Positions 23,190 to 36,427 of a stretch of 64,000 nt of DNA are shown one piece after another. Source of the stretch: Octopus sinensis (taxonomy: Eukaryota); contig NC_043008.1 of the NCBI RefSeq assembly GCF_006345805.1, positions 4,340,001-4,404,000 on the forward strand, written 5' to 3'. The notes below the pieces were generated by a model. It was given only the letters and a program-made list of their open reading frames with translations. It had not been told where the DNA came from and made no database searches. How positions within the stretch are numbered: position 1 is the stretch's first letter; each line of letters starts with the position of its first letter. A program made the position numbers and the translations under genes.

Positions 23190-24679
23190 TTATATATCTG
23201 TGTGTGTAAGGTTGTGTGTTTGGAAAATAATAAAACATGTATTGTGTCAACATAAACTTGTTAAAGACCTGCATACAGCTAGGATTTTAAATCAATTTAA
23301 AAACTTACAAGGAAATGTTTAACATTGAAAGGATTCAAAATCAATAGACTGCTTCCATGATATAGATATCAAAGAAGTTGATTTCATAATATATATTATC
23401 AGAAAAAATCCAGCAGCATTTAAGAAATGTTGACAGCATTCTTTGATTTTCTACACGTGCAGCTAAGTTTTACTTTGGCTTTTCTTAACTATTTTTATTC
23501 TGAAAATTTAAGGAAAAAAACATATAGAGTTCTTATAGCTGAATTTAAAAGAAGGAAATATCAATGTATAGATGTGTTTATTTTATTTTGTTTTACCCCT
23601 CTGAAAAATCAACAAAATATCTTTGCTAAATAAATCAAGAACGGAAAAAAAAAAATTGAATATAGAGAAATTCATTTCAAAAAACAAATTTAATATATGT
23701 TAGTGATGTGAGTTTTATCTTGAGTTTAATATGTCACAAGTATTGATATTGTGACAGAAAAAAGTGGTTTTTCTTCCTGTTTTCAAAACTTATTCAACTA
23801 TAAAATTAAAACTCATTTCACTATTTTAATTGACAGTATGTGTGTGTGTGTGTTTGTGTCTGTGTGTATGTGTCTGGTATGTAGCATTGTATCTATATCT
23901 ATTTGTATACAGTCCTGTTTCTAAGCATCATACTGTCTATGAAACAAATAATAAATAGTTTGGTTGATTTCAAATTGAAACTTTTCTAATTGCGGCTGTT
24001 GTCATTTAGTCCTTAATTAAGTGCACCAAATAGCAAATTTATTCCCGCCATGACCATCCCATCTTCACTTCAACATATTAGATTTAGGACTACATTACTC
24101 CAATGTGTCCTTTTTCTTTTTTAAGACAGTAAGATGTATTTCAGAGGAAATTTGGTTGCTGTTTCTAGTAGTTACATGACCGCATGGAAGATCCTTTGTA
24201 TTTTAGTCTTGTTTATCAGATTTGCTTGTGAATACTGACTTGGAGCTAAGCAACAACAACTAATGCTGGTATTTATTTTAACAATCTCAGATGAATAAGT
24301 ATATTTCTACTCGAGTAGGATGTGAAATGAGAAATGTGAAACATCAAACCAGATAAACGAAAGCATCTGACTCAAACTCCGTTTCATCTGAACAATGTCC
24401 AGCATTTTCTATCTGGACTGAAGAATAAAGTAAAACAATTCAGCTGATCCAGCATATTTCTTTATATCTTATTTTAACGAACTTTTAGCAGGAATACAAA
24501 GCAAAAAATGCATTGGTATCAAAGGAATAGCTGGAAGGGGTTAAGTGATGTTTTAAACTTTAGATTTCAGAATTTGAGCAAGAACCACTTTGTGATAAGT
24601 TTAAAAGGGAAACGGTATCCAGCCAATGTGGTCAAAGAGATATAAAAACATAAAAGTGTGTTTATATTTATATCATCCT

Positions 24680-24900
24680 CGTCATCATCATTGTCATCCT
24701 TTAACATTCGTTTTCCATGCTGGCATGGGTTGGACGGTTTCACCAGAGCTGGGAAGCTGAAGAGCTGCACCAGGCTCTAGTCTAATTTGGCTTGGTTTCT
24801 ACAGCTGGATGCCCTTGCTAGTGCCAACCAGTTTGCAGTATGTGCCGTGTGCTTTTAATGTGGCACCACATGAGTGCTTTAACATGGCACTGGCACAGGG
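24680..24900 (-). mobile_element. RTE-type 3' end short element
   Basis: catcatcattgtcatcctttaacattcgttttccatgctggcatgggttggacgg...gtttctacagctggatgccctt...gtgcttttaatgtggcacc. Confidence 0.85.
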
Positions 24901-25069
24901 CTCTTAAGATCAATCTTCTTCACTGGGGGGGGGGGGCTGCCTTAACACTGATATATATATATAATAATAATAATTATTTGAGGGAATATTATCCCTAACT
25001 TACAGGGAAAAATTCAATTTAGAAATATTAAATCAAATTTCACAAAATATAACATATATATATAAAAAT

Positions 25070-25278
25070 TAGAAAAAAACACCTTTTATCAATTTAAAAT
25101 GAACAATTAAATTACACCATCTAGAAAAAATGTATATATTCTACCAAATATATACGTTTTAATTATTATTTTGTAATTTACTTAATCATTGGTATATTAT
25201 TGTTATTTTATTTTTTATTTTTCTAGATGGTGTAATTTAATTGTTCATTTTGAATTGATAAAAGGTCGTTTTTTTCTA
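25070..25278. repeat. Inverted repeat, about 60-bp arms (25070-25130 / 25218-25278), 87-bp spacer
   Basis: aaaaaaacaccttttatcaatttaaaatgaacaattaaattacaccatctagaaaaa versus tttttctagatggtgtaatttaattgttcattttgaattgataaaaggtcgttttttt: one mismatch and one 1-nt insertion. Confidence 0.95.
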
Positions 25279-25279
25279 G

Positions 25280-25590
25280 TGCCGCCCCGACTGGCCTCGT
25301 GCCAGTGGCACGTAAAAAGCACCATCTGATCGTGGCCATTGCCAGCCTCACCTGGCCCCCATACCGGTGGCATGTAAAAAGCACCATCTGGCACCTGTGC
25401 TGGTGGCACATAAAAGCACCCACTACACTCATGGAGTGGTTGGCGTTAGGAAGGGAATCCAGCCATAGAAACATTGCCAGATCAGACTGGGCCTGGTGCA
25501 GCCTTCTGGCTTCCCAGACCCCAGTTGAACCGTCCAACCCATGCTAGCATGGAAAGCGGATGCTAAACGATGATGATGATGATGATGATA
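25280..25590 (+). mobile_element. Young RTE-type 3' end short element with three internal modules
   Basis: ggcacgtaaaaagcacc modules near 25307, 25369 and 25405; CpGs retained; ends cgtccaacccatgctagcatggaaagcggatgctaaacgatgatgatgatg. Further copies at 26340-26560 and 35150-35376. Confidence 0.9.
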
Positions 25591-26101
25591 TATATATGTG
25601 TGTGTGTATGTGTGGAATTACCTTACTATAATAGTATGACACATGATTACATAACTTCCTGCAGCATGTATGATGCATGGCTACAGTACCCCTGCAGCAT
25701 AACTAGAGTGAGAGAGAAGCCAATATCAGTTGGTTGTATGCCCCATGCTTTCACTCATTGCTTTGTGTATTTATGCAGTCACAAGCAGACTGAGACACCT
25801 TCTGAGCTCCCCCTCTGTAGACACAATGTCACAGGTGTGACAACTGAAGTGGGTGAGGGCTGCACTAACACTCGGATGCTACTCGTTTCAGATGAGTACA
25901 CTGAAGAAACATGAAGAAATTAACTGCTTCTGCTTAAAGATACAAAATGCAAACTGACCCAGGAACCAAACCCATGACCTTAAGATTGTGAGTTCAACAC
26001 TAACCATTGGACTATGTGTCTTCACTCACGACTACATTGCAGTTGCAGCATATATAAAACAGAACTGCAGCACTACTGTAGCATGTATAAAAATAAGTAG
26101 T

Positions 26102-26148
<47 letters not shown>

Positions 26149-26230
26149 CATATATATATGTTTAGGAGGTTATTTGTTATGGCCAGTGAGAGAGTAACAA
26201 ACAACCTTCTAAATATTACAGCTTATATGC

Positions 26231-26288
<58 letters not shown>

Positions 26289-26984
26289 CGCCTTACTGGC
26301 ACTTGTGCCAGTGTGCAGGTGACACGTAAAAAAAAAAACACAATTTTCCAATACCGTTGCCAGTACCGCCTGACTGTCCCTCGTGCCGGTGGCACGTAAA
26401 AGCACCCACTACACTCTCGGAGTGGCATTCAGCTGTAGAAACTCTGCCAAATCAAGATTGGAGCCTGGTGCAGCCATCTTGTTCGCCAGTCTTCAATCAA
26501 ATCGTCCAACCCATGCTAGCATGGAAAGCAGACATTAAACGACGACGATGATGATGATGGTGATATATATATATATAAATGTTTTTTTTTTAATTTCAAT
26601 TTTCCTTGCTTGCATGGGTTGGACAGAAAGAGTTGAGGAAGATTTTATACAGTTGGATACCTTTCCTGTCACAAATCCTCACCTGTTTCCAACTAAGAAA
26701 TATTTCCCCTTGACCAGACATGATTGGTGACAAAGGACATTGCTTATGTGGCAGTGACACTCATTTACAACTGTCATACAATGTCAAGACAAGCAGACTC
26801 TCACACACAGACATGTGTATACATAGCAAATCCAATCATAAGGCTTTGGTTAGACCGAGTCTTTAGTGGAAGAAATTTGCCCAAAGTGCCACACAATGGG
26901 ACTGAACATAAAGTCAGGTGGTTGAGGAGCAAATTTCATAACCACACAGCCACACCTGTATTTATCTGTCTATCAATGCATCAG

Positions 26985-27037
<53 letters not shown>

Positions 27038-30000
27038 TATATATATACACACAAACACATATATATATATATTAGAAAGCATTACTGTGCGTTAGAATGT
27101 TAACATGTTTTTTCTATGCTATTGATATATAGAAAAAAAGAGGGAGAGATTCTTCTGACAGACTGTTTCCCAGTTTATTCATCTCTCCCCAAAGAAGACA
27201 TAACCAGCCTCCTTCTCCACTCAAAAGCATTGGTCAGGAGAAACATAAAGCAGTCAAGAAACATTAGTAGACAGCACAACTCACCTTTGGGCCTATGACA
27301 GTTCATACTTAATTTAGAAATATCTTATTTTATGCATAACACAATGTTAATCAGATTTAAAATAAAGGTGAATATTCAAAAGTCTCTCTGTTGCTGCAAT
27401 GAGAAAATAAATCTACTCTTTTATGGTATCAATATGGGAATAAAGGAAGATGGTTGTTTCCTAATGGAGTATTTCATGGTCTGTTGCCCATTTCTCAGAG
27501 AAGATGCACCAGACTTCCTTCTTCACTCAATCGGTCATTACTTCTAGCAAAAGGCTCAAACCAGAAATAAGAAGGGACCAATCAATTATATTGCCCCGTC
27601 GTTTGACTTTATTTAATTGATGCTAGAATGATGGAAGGCAAAGTTAACCCTGGAGGGTTTTGAACTCAGAACATCAGATGTCTGGACAAATACTGCAAGG
27701 CATTTTCTCTGATACTCTAAAGATTATATCAATACACTATCCTGCAGCTGATGATGATGATAACAAATTCTAGACAAATTCTGAATCCCAGGAATGGGAA
27801 ACAAAGATGCAATGAAAAAGTACCTAAAAATATTTTCATGCTATATGATACAAAAATCTCCATAAATTGTTTAGCATTTAAAAAATATATATAATAGAAA
27901 AATATGAAAATCTTATTGTTTATTTATTTAAAAAAAAACATTTGATATTAATGATGACTTTAATATCATCATTGCAGCTATTATTAACTTCATTTTCATT
28001 GAATTTTATCAGTTCCATCACATAGAGTATGATTTTGTTTTTGTTTTTGTTCTTTTTCCACATTTTAGATTTTTTCCCCAGTTAAAAATGAAAAAAATTC
28101 GTTTGTCTGTGTATGTGTGGGTTTGTGTGTTCAGCGCCCCCTGTAGCTTCATCATGAAAAGAATGAAAATGATAACTTTATTTTAAATGAATAATCGCTC
28201 AATAAATAGAAAAGCAGTAAAGATTTATGGATTTGATAAGAAAATAATAATTTTAAATGTTTAAAATATATAAACAAATGACACTATATTATATTGGTAT
28301 GAAACAGTTGGTATTAAATTTTAAATTAATATTCAGAGTTGAAAGCAATATGTATTAAGTTGAGAGAGAAAAGAAAAAATTTCAGCCAAGAAAATTTACA
28401 GGAAAGTGCACAGTGAAATGTATTTTATAAAGAAGTTTTAAAGAATATAACCAGATGTAATCAAGTGAATATCTAAATGGGAAATTATTGCATAGAAGTC
28501 TGGTAAGAGTAACAATATAGCTTTTATAATAACAGCTGTTATTTTTATTTTGTATGTATTTAGTTAATGAATATAAATTAACCAATCAATGTTTCTCTGA
28601 ATTTGGTCTTTTTTTAAAATTTATCTCAGCTATTTAAAAGATGTATTTTATTTTATTCCTCTGTATGTTGTGCGTATTTAGCTAGTGCTATTACAATTAT
28701 AGGTTCCTATGTAGTGGAAATGATGGAGGTTTGAGTTTCTTTGTGTTCAGCTTCAGAATAATGCTTCACTACACATGACATATGACAGTCAAGATTTCCA
28801 AATGTCATTTTAAATAATCTTATTGTCACAAAAATAAAATGATGTTCTTTGATAAGATTCTGAAAACGTTTATGTAAACATGAGGTTATTTTTATATAAA
28901 TATGACAACACAAGTGAACATGTGAAGATTGGGAGTAGAGAGGTTATGCTGGTGTGGCTCAGAAAGGAGACAGGTATCATAGCTGCAATTACATGCAACG
29001 AGTTGGACAAACCGACTACAAAGAAGCTAAAGAAATGTAGAAACTATTCTTTCCCTCACAACTTCTTTTCCCTGTTGCTATTTGACATAAAGTGTGCAAT
29101 GATTTGATGGGTCATTGGAGTATTGTACAAAATGCTTATGCCATTTATTCTATTTACGACTCCTTATGTTCTGGGTTCTAATCCCACCAACATCAACTTT
29201 GTCTTCTATACTAATGGGATTGATCAAATCACCAGCTAATGAAGCAATTAAATGTTGAGATTCCTTTAATTGATTATATCTTCTTCCTCTACTGAAATTG
29301 TAGCCTTGTGCCATTGTAAACTGAGCTTAGACATCGTGGAATCTGCTTTCTACTTCTCTTTCTGGGCCATTTTTCTGGATACTTTTCTGTCATACCCTCA
29401 GACATTTCCTACACGGTGTTCTATAACTATAAAGAGTGATCCAACTCCCAATGGCTCTCTGCTCAATATATTACAGCAGTTTTAAGGTTACAAATTGGTA
29501 GAATTGATAGAACATTATACAAAATGCTGAGTGGTATATTTTGTGGTGTCCCTTTATATTCTGAGTTCAAATCCTGTCAAGTACTGGGGTTGTTTGTTCT
29601 GTGCCAAAGTTAGAAACCAATAAAACAAAATAGCTTTCAAGTGGTGCATTGTAGTAAGTCATGAGAGCATTTGAAAACAAAGTGTTCTGTTAACATCTTT
29701 CGTAATTAAGAAGTTAAGAAGCATAGGTTGATGGACTTGAGTTTTAACTTGGCAAGAGAGCTATCTTGTAAATTAAGATGGTCTTGAGTAATGAAAGGAG
29801 ATTCTATGTGGTCACATGGCCAGCTACGTGTAGCAATGCACTAATCCTTCAAATCCGACCTTACCCTATTCAGAAACTGAAGACACGGTGGAGAATGTCA
29901 TTTTGGGTTGACTATTTCTAAGAAAGAAAATAACTTGCAGAATAGTCACAGTAGTGATGCCTTCGATCACAGCTCTGTTGGATCCAGGCTGTGGATGAAA

Positions 30001-30087
30001 CAACACTAACAATAACTGAAGCTTTTAGAGTCTCTTCAGTCCAATTGAACTGACTGAGATCCAGTAGGACATACACTTGGAATAGGA

Positions 30088-30160
<73 letters not shown>

Positions 30161-30274
30161 TTATACGATTATACTTTCGTGAAGAAAAACCAAGTAGCAA
30201 CACCAAATGGCGGTGCCCCAGCATGGCCACAGCTCATGAGCTGAAACTAGAATCAATCAATCAATCAATCAATA

Positions 30275-30775
30275 GGGAATCCACACTTAGAGTGAAAATT
30301 TAACACATTAGAGAACCACAAAAATAACGGATAAGATTCAACAGGAACTAAATTTAGAAATGAAAAACATTTACCATTTAATACCCCGGACCAAAATTGG
30401 TTTCTGATCTTCTTTTAGCAAGTCAGGGGGACAAAAATTGGTTCCTGATCTTATTTTAGCAAGTCAGGGGAACTCACAAGGTCTTATCTTCTTCGGCGAG
30501 GGCCAACCTGGGATTAAAATATATCAGACAGAAGACAAGAACTGCTGTCTGTCTACTGTTTATACGAAGTAACTTTTCAAATTTTTCTGCGCAATCGCAG
30601 TCCTATTGTTTGCTACAATAAACTGCCAACTTTAACCGAAGATCAGAAACCAATTTTGGTCCGGGGTATTAAATGGTAAATGTTTTTCATTTCCAAATTT
30701 TGTTCCTGTTGAATCTTATCCGTTATTGTTGTGGTTCTCTAATGTGTTGAATTTTCACTCCAAGTGTGGATTCCT
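30275..30775. mobile_element. Foldback/MITE, 501 bp, 138-bp terminal inverted repeats, putative TA TSD
   Basis: Arms 30275-30412 and 30638-30775 are near-perfect reverse complements; TA at 30273-30274 and 30776-30777; internal 40-bp tandem duplication at 30392-30471. Confidence 0.92.
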
Positions 30776-30937
30776 TATGTGTATAAATATACACTATCGT
30801 ATAACTAATATATAGTCTTCTTGACTAATTTTTTGCACGTTAGACCACTGGAAATGTAAATTTTGATTGAATATTTTAAATTTAATTAAATTCCATTTCC
30901 CTTTTGATATGATTATATATATATATATATATATATA

Positions 30938-31155
30938 TCTGGCAGACACGTTAGCACGCCAGGTGAAATGCTTAGCGGTATTTCATCTGTCTTTACGTTC
31001 TGAGTTCAAATTCCGCCAAGGCCGACTTTACCTTCCATCCTTTCAGGGTCGATAAATTAAGTACCAGTTACGCACTGGGGTCGATGTAATCGACTTAATC
31101 CGTTTGCCTGTCCTTGTTTGTCCCCTTTATGTTTAGCCCTTTGTGGGCAATAAAT
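30938..31155 (+). mobile_element. tRNA-derived SINE with Nin-like domain
   Basis: ggcagacacgttagcacgcc...gttctgagttcaaattccgccaaggccgactttaccttccatcctttcagggtcgataaattaagtaccag...ctggggtcgatgtaatcgact. Other copies: plus about 35590-35800, 52365-52480, 58310-58490; minus about 18290-18530, 27570-27740, 39800-39960, 50270-50460, 52605-52780. Confidence 0.85.
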
Positions 31156-31164
31156 AATATATAT

Positions 31165-31480
31165 ATATGTAGCTTTTTCTTACTTTGCTTAGACCCCCTT
31201 CAGTCATGAATGACCAAGGGATTTCACCTAGAAAGTGCTCTGAGATGCAAGTCTGGGCAAGATTGTTTGTGAAAGACCAGCAGTCACCGATGCATACCAG
31301 CTTCTCCTTCTCCATGCCACTGATGTTGTCCAATGGAAAGGCAAAGGCCAATACAGCTTGGCACCAGTGACATCGCAACTCATTTCTAAAGCTTAGTTGA
31401 CTGGAGCAATGTGAAATAAAGTGTCCTGCTCAAGAACACAACACACAGCCTGGTCCAGGTATCAAAGTCATAACTTCAAG
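31165..31480 (-). mobile_element. tRNA-derived SINE, different family
   Basis: Minus strand gtgttgtgttcttgagcaggacactttatttcacattgctccagtcaact...gaaatgagttgcgatgtcactggtgccaagctg; gtgt.cttgagcaag.cactt-type core. Confidence 0.65.
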
Positions 31481-31484
31481 ATTG

Positions 31485-32270
31485 TAAGGGGTATAAGTCT
31501 GTTGTACGAGGTTGGTAAACTGTATGGAAGAATTCCGATTGTAAGGATGAGGAACCAGACAGAGATTGTACTAGGGGAGGAGCAGTGTGGCTTTAGGAGT
31601 AGAAGGGCATGTGCAGATCAAGTATTTGTAGTAAGACAGATGTATGAGAAGTTTTTGGCAAAAGGGAGGGAGATGTATAGGGCCTTTATGGACTTAAAGA
31701 AGGCATATGACAATGAAGATAGGGATGCAATGTAGCAGGTGTTGATGGTAGATTGTTGAGAGCTGTTCAGAGTTTTTATAGAGAAAGTGGGTGGTGAAGT
31801 GAGTGAATGATTTGATGTGAAGGTGGGGGTTAAGACAGGGCTGTGTGATGTCTCCGTGGCTGTTTTATTTATATATGGATGGTGTGGTGAGAGGTAAATG
31901 CTAGAACCTTTAGTAGGGGAGCCCAAATGGTGGGAGAAAATGGAGAGAATGGCAGGTGAGTCAGTTGTTTGCTGATTGATACAGCACTGGTGGCGGATTC
32001 AGAAGAGCAACTGAAGAGACTGGTGGTAGAGTTTGCAAGAGTGTGTGAGAGGAGGAAACTGAAAGTGAATGTAGCTAGGAGTAAGGTGATGAGATGTTTA
32101 GGAGATTGAATGGCTGATACGATGGATGTGAGTATAAATGGTGAGATATTAGAGGAGGTGAGTGCTTTTAAGGATCTGGGATCACATGTGATAGTGGATG
32201 GGGGGTTGGCTGAGGAAGTGGGATATAGAGTGAGGGAGGGGAGTAAGATACTTGGAGTTGTGACAGGTAT
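31485..32270 (+). mobile_element. RTE-clade reverse transcriptase relic (no PHD insert seen)
   Basis: LGEEQCGFRSRRACADQVFVVRQMYEKFLAKGREMYRAFMDLKKAYD; GLRQGCVMSPWLF; ALVADSEEQLKRLVVEFARVCERRKLKVNVARSKVM; EVSAFKDLGS. Confidence 0.92.
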
Positions 32271-32632
32271 GCAGTACGATTGTTTCATGCAACTCCATTT
32301 AATTGAACAATGCAATGATTACATCAGTTTAAAATGTAGAGCAATCTTCAGCTGCACAAAGACATAGAATTTAATTAAATTAGAACAGATAGACACATTA
32401 GTATAATTATACCTAAAATCTCCAATAAGTTAAGGAGATAGACAAAGAATATGCTGTTCTTTCTCCAGCATAGAAGTTACTAAGCTTTTCTAGAAGATAT
32501 ACATTGTTACAGACTCTGCTTGTCACTGATTTTTTATGTTTTTATGGGGTCAGTTCTAATTTATCGACTAGTTTAACAAAACCTTTGTATATCTAAGGCT
32601 GAGAGAACAGAGGGCTGTATCTGTTAGGGGTA

Positions 32633-32761
32633 GGGCTGAGGGAGCAGACAGACATCATAGTTGGTACAGTCATAAAAATCAAGATTTATTAGAAGCAATA
32701 TCATGAGGTTTGGTAAAGCAACGACTCTACCAACTATGATGTCTGTCTGCTCCCTCAGCCC
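32633..32761. repeat. Short hairpin/MITE-like element: 39-bp inverted arms, 51-bp spacer
   Basis: gggctgagggagcagacagacatcatagttggtacagtc (32633-32671) versus gactctaccaactatgatgtctgtctgctccctcagccc (32723-32761), one mismatch. Confidence 0.95.
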
Positions 32762-32899
32762 AGTTCTCATTCTGGCAACTGTACTTACAGAGCAACCACC
32801 TCCAATGCTAATTGCATCTCCTTAATGATAGCAACTGCTTCTAATGAGCCATCTGGACATTTTATAGACTCAGTTTATGATGTCCTCATATGAACTACT

Positions 32900-33680
32900 C
32901 CATCTACAGCCCATGAAACTTATATTTTAAATAGTCTGCCAGTGATTCCACAGCATTGCTTATGTGTCCATACCTTACATTTAGTGTAGTGTAGGGAGTT
33001 TTTACCTACTCATTTTCTGCATATCAAGCCAGACCGTTTCTCTGAAGGTACTTTCCTACTTACTAAAACTTTCATGTTTAAAAAGTTTACCTTAAGGCCT
33101 CTCAATTCCCAGTTTAGCTTCCATACTTGGAATTTCTTCCCTAAATCCCCTAGCATTCGGCTATGAGAACTAGATCATCAGCATATAGGATTTCTCCATG
33201 GACAGCCAATCCTAAACTCTACTGTGACAGCTTTTTAGGACTACATTGAATTGGAACATTGAAGACTGGACCTTCACTCTAAATTCAACATGTATGCCCT
33301 TGTCAATTCTCCCTTTATTTTGCTGCATCCTTGTACATAGCCCGAACTGCCCTGCCTGCACAAGTGACTCATCTGCTCCTAGTTTCGACAGGGTACATCA
33401 GATTACTGAATGTGGTACCTTGTCAAATGCTTTCTCCAAAATCAAATGAAATCCAGATATAGTGATTTATGTTTTGACAGGTATTTCTCTTGTAGTTGCC
33501 TCACTAGGAAAATTGCATCTGTGTTGCCTCTTTCAGAAACAAAGCCAAACTGCATCTCATCCAGGTCTACTCTATCATGGATCAATTGGGCTTTGACTTC
33601 CCCCATGACCTTCATGACTTGATCGAGACGTTTGATTCCCCTCTAGCTGTTTCTCTCTAAGGCATCAACTTTACCCATGT
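32900..33680 (-). mobile_element. RTE LINE RT relic with PHD-like insert
   Basis: Minus strand shows FSRLFDKAFDKVP-like, YADDLVLIAE and CRK*VGKNS...KCKVWTHKQC motifs; same family as 46070-46920. Confidence 0.8.
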
Positions 33681-34644
33681 GGCAGTTTACAATGATACTG
33701 TTATGCCAATCATTGTGTACAACATCCTCCTAAATGACTTGATTAACTATCCATACACATATATATGCATTTATATATATGCATCAATGTATATGCATCT
33801 ATATATATGCATCTATGTATATGCATTTATACACATGCATCTTTGTACGTATGTTTATGTATGTATCTGACATACATATAGGCGCACATACTTTGACTCT
33901 CTTGTTTTTTCTCTCTATCACCATGGCACAACGAATAACCCTTATTCTAGTAATGGATATTAAACAGTTATATTTATTTATTTTTCATCCAGAGATGTAT
34001 GAAAAGATAAAATTCACAATGAATTTCTCTTACTTTTTAAATTACTTTACAAAACTGTTTGAGAAAACGAGCATATATCAAATTTCTTTGCTTGTATCAT
34101 CTACATAATTTTCTGATATAAGCAAAATATTTTTGTTTTCTCTCAAGACACCAGTAAAATTGTATGTTTTCATATAAAATATTGATTGCCTGCTTATCAA
34201 TTTGTGGTGCATTATACAGAAGTTTATCACAATCCATAAAGAAAAGAGTATAAATCATATTTAGAAAAAAGAACGAACATCAAAATTCAAAATGGCATCT
34301 TTCATTTCAGTGTAACATTTATCATCATTTGACAGATTTAATCATCCATCCAAAGTGAGGAGTAAAAACAAAGATAAAGTGAAATAGAGCTAATTTAATA
34401 ACCAGAGTTAACTTTTATAAGTATTTTGTTGAGTTTGTTGCTCTTATTATTTGTTTATTTTTTATAGACTGCTTTTATTTTTATTGCTGAGATATTTTTT
34501 GTTTTTCTTTTTTTTTTATTTCATTATTTTATTTTATTTATTTATTTTTACTTTGGATTTTATTAGCTGCAAGAACTAAGATCTTGGTTTAGAAACATTT
34601 ATCATTATCATAGAAAAATGTGTTGCTAATCAGTAGTTCCTCAC

Positions 34645-34680
34645 CGAAGATGGTAAACAAAGTTCATCGAACAACTTTAT
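34645..34680 (-). CDS. Candidate micro-exon (36 nt)
   Basis: Long T-rich tract ending ...gatcttgaaccAG|, donor TCG|GTGAGG; open only in phase 0: IKLFDELCLPSS; contains CpGs. Confidence 0.4.
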
Positions 34681-36172
34681 CTGGTTCAAGATCAAACACA
34701 AATCAATATAAGAAAATCAAAAGAAAGTTTAAAGTACAGAACTACTGGATATTTTTGTTTTGTTTTGTTTGGGGGAGGGGGTAAAAAAAGATGTTATATT
34801 CCTAACTATTACATCATGGAATAGTCATGATGGCCATTTAAAATACATGTATGCCATTTTGTTTATATCTATTTTCTAAGAGCATTGTTTAATGGTGATT
34901 TCTAACATCGATACAAAACTTCCAATTTGAGAAGCTAAGCTAGAGCCATCCTGGTTGGTAACTGGTAGGGTGAAAGGTAAAGTTGATTTGGGTAGAATTT
35001 GAATTCACAATCTTAAAAAGTATGCAACTAAATACTGGAAGACAGTTTAACCATCATTTTAACAATTCTATTAATTCCAAGCCTCCATAATATTCTATGT
35101 CGACGTCTATACTTCTTGGAAGTCATAAGACAAGAAATAAGTGTTTTTCTCAACACCGCATTGACTGGCTTCCGTGCCGGTGGCACGTAAAAAGCACCAA
35201 CCAATCGTGGCCGTTGCCAGCCTCCCCTGGCACCTGTGCAGGTGGCACTTAAAAAGCACCCACTATACTCACAGAGTGGAGCCTGGTGCAGCCGCCTGGC
35301 TTCCCAGACACCGGTCGAACCGTCCAACCCATGCTAGCATGGAAAACGGACGTTAAACGATGATGATGATGATGATACTGTGTGATGTATTTTTTTACTT
35401 TTTGGAGATTTAAATTCTGTTACTTGTTTTTCATATATTTAAGTTTTGTTTATTTCTGTGTTCTTTTAAACCTTATTGAGTCATATTGTGAGAAATGTTT
35501 TCTCCTTAAATGTAAATCTGTGGGAATGCTTTATGCCCCACTGGTACCATCATCATCATCATCATCATCATCATTTAATGTCACACGGCAATGAGCTGGC
35601 AGAATCAGTAGCATGCTGAGAAAAATGCTAAGTGGCATTTTGTCCGTCTTTACATTCTAAGTTCAAGCTCTACCGAGATGGACTTTGCCTTTCATCATTT
35701 TGGGGTCGGTAAATTAAGTATCAGTGAAACATTAGGGTCAATGTAATTGACTATTCTCCTCTAATTTCAGGCTTTGTGCCTATAGTAGAAAGGATTATCA
35801 CTTAATGTCTGCCTTCCATACTGGCTAAGGGCTGGACACTTTTCACAAAAGCTGACCAAGCTCTTCTCTCTACTTTGGCACGGTTTCATCAGATGGATGA
35901 CTATCCTAACACCAGCCACTTTACATGTATTCTAAAATACTATGTGTGTGTGTCTATAGATACACACACACACATACACTCGCACATATTCACACAGGAA
36001 AATGAATGCAGCAGAACTTTTGGTAATGAACTTCTGTGGTTATGGAAACGGTGGTGATGAATGTTTTCCCATTAATTTGGTAATAAATCAAATCATAGAT
36101 AGCAACCAAAAAAGGCAAAAAAAAAATTCATTAGAAAATAATGTAATGATATTTTGCTTTGATGCTCGAAAT

Positions 36173-36427
36173 CAATGATTCCCAACTAGGATCCATATGG
36201 CCCTTGGGGGCCCAGATAAGATTCTCTTGTTAAAATTTATCTGCAAATAAACTGGTTATGCTTCTACAATGCATAAAATATTTTAACAGTTTTTTTTTAT
36301 AGAATTCCTAATAATATTTGATTACAAAAATATGATTTTTTAAACATCGAATGGTGGTGGGGGTGGTCCATCCAAGTAAAATAGGAATCAAAAGGGTCCA
36401 TAGGTTAGAAATGGTTGAGGAACACTG
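36173..36427. mobile_element. hAT (Charlie-like) MITE relic
   Basis: Ends caatgattcccaac and gttgaggaacactg fit the CAGTGNTTCYCAAC terminal repeat; flanking 8-mers ctcgaaat / cgttaaat are a possible decayed TSD. Confidence 0.6.

Noticed and set aside
24340-24415. Exon-like IENAGHCSDETEFESDAFVYL (minus)
   Set aside because: Weak GTTTGA donor and it appears to lie within a piggyBac-like MITE ending gaagggg|TTAA at 24544.
27130-27300. Strong minus-strand donor AAG|GTGAGT at 27285
   Set aside because: Surrounding sequence translates as an RTE endonuclease relic (EKEAGYVFFG); no open exon upstream.
30938-31030. tRNA-like A/B-box sequences (also in other SINE heads)
   Set aside because: They continue into SINE body domains and do not form a full cloverleaf; not tRNA genes. 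No CRISPR array or rRNA was seen anywhere.
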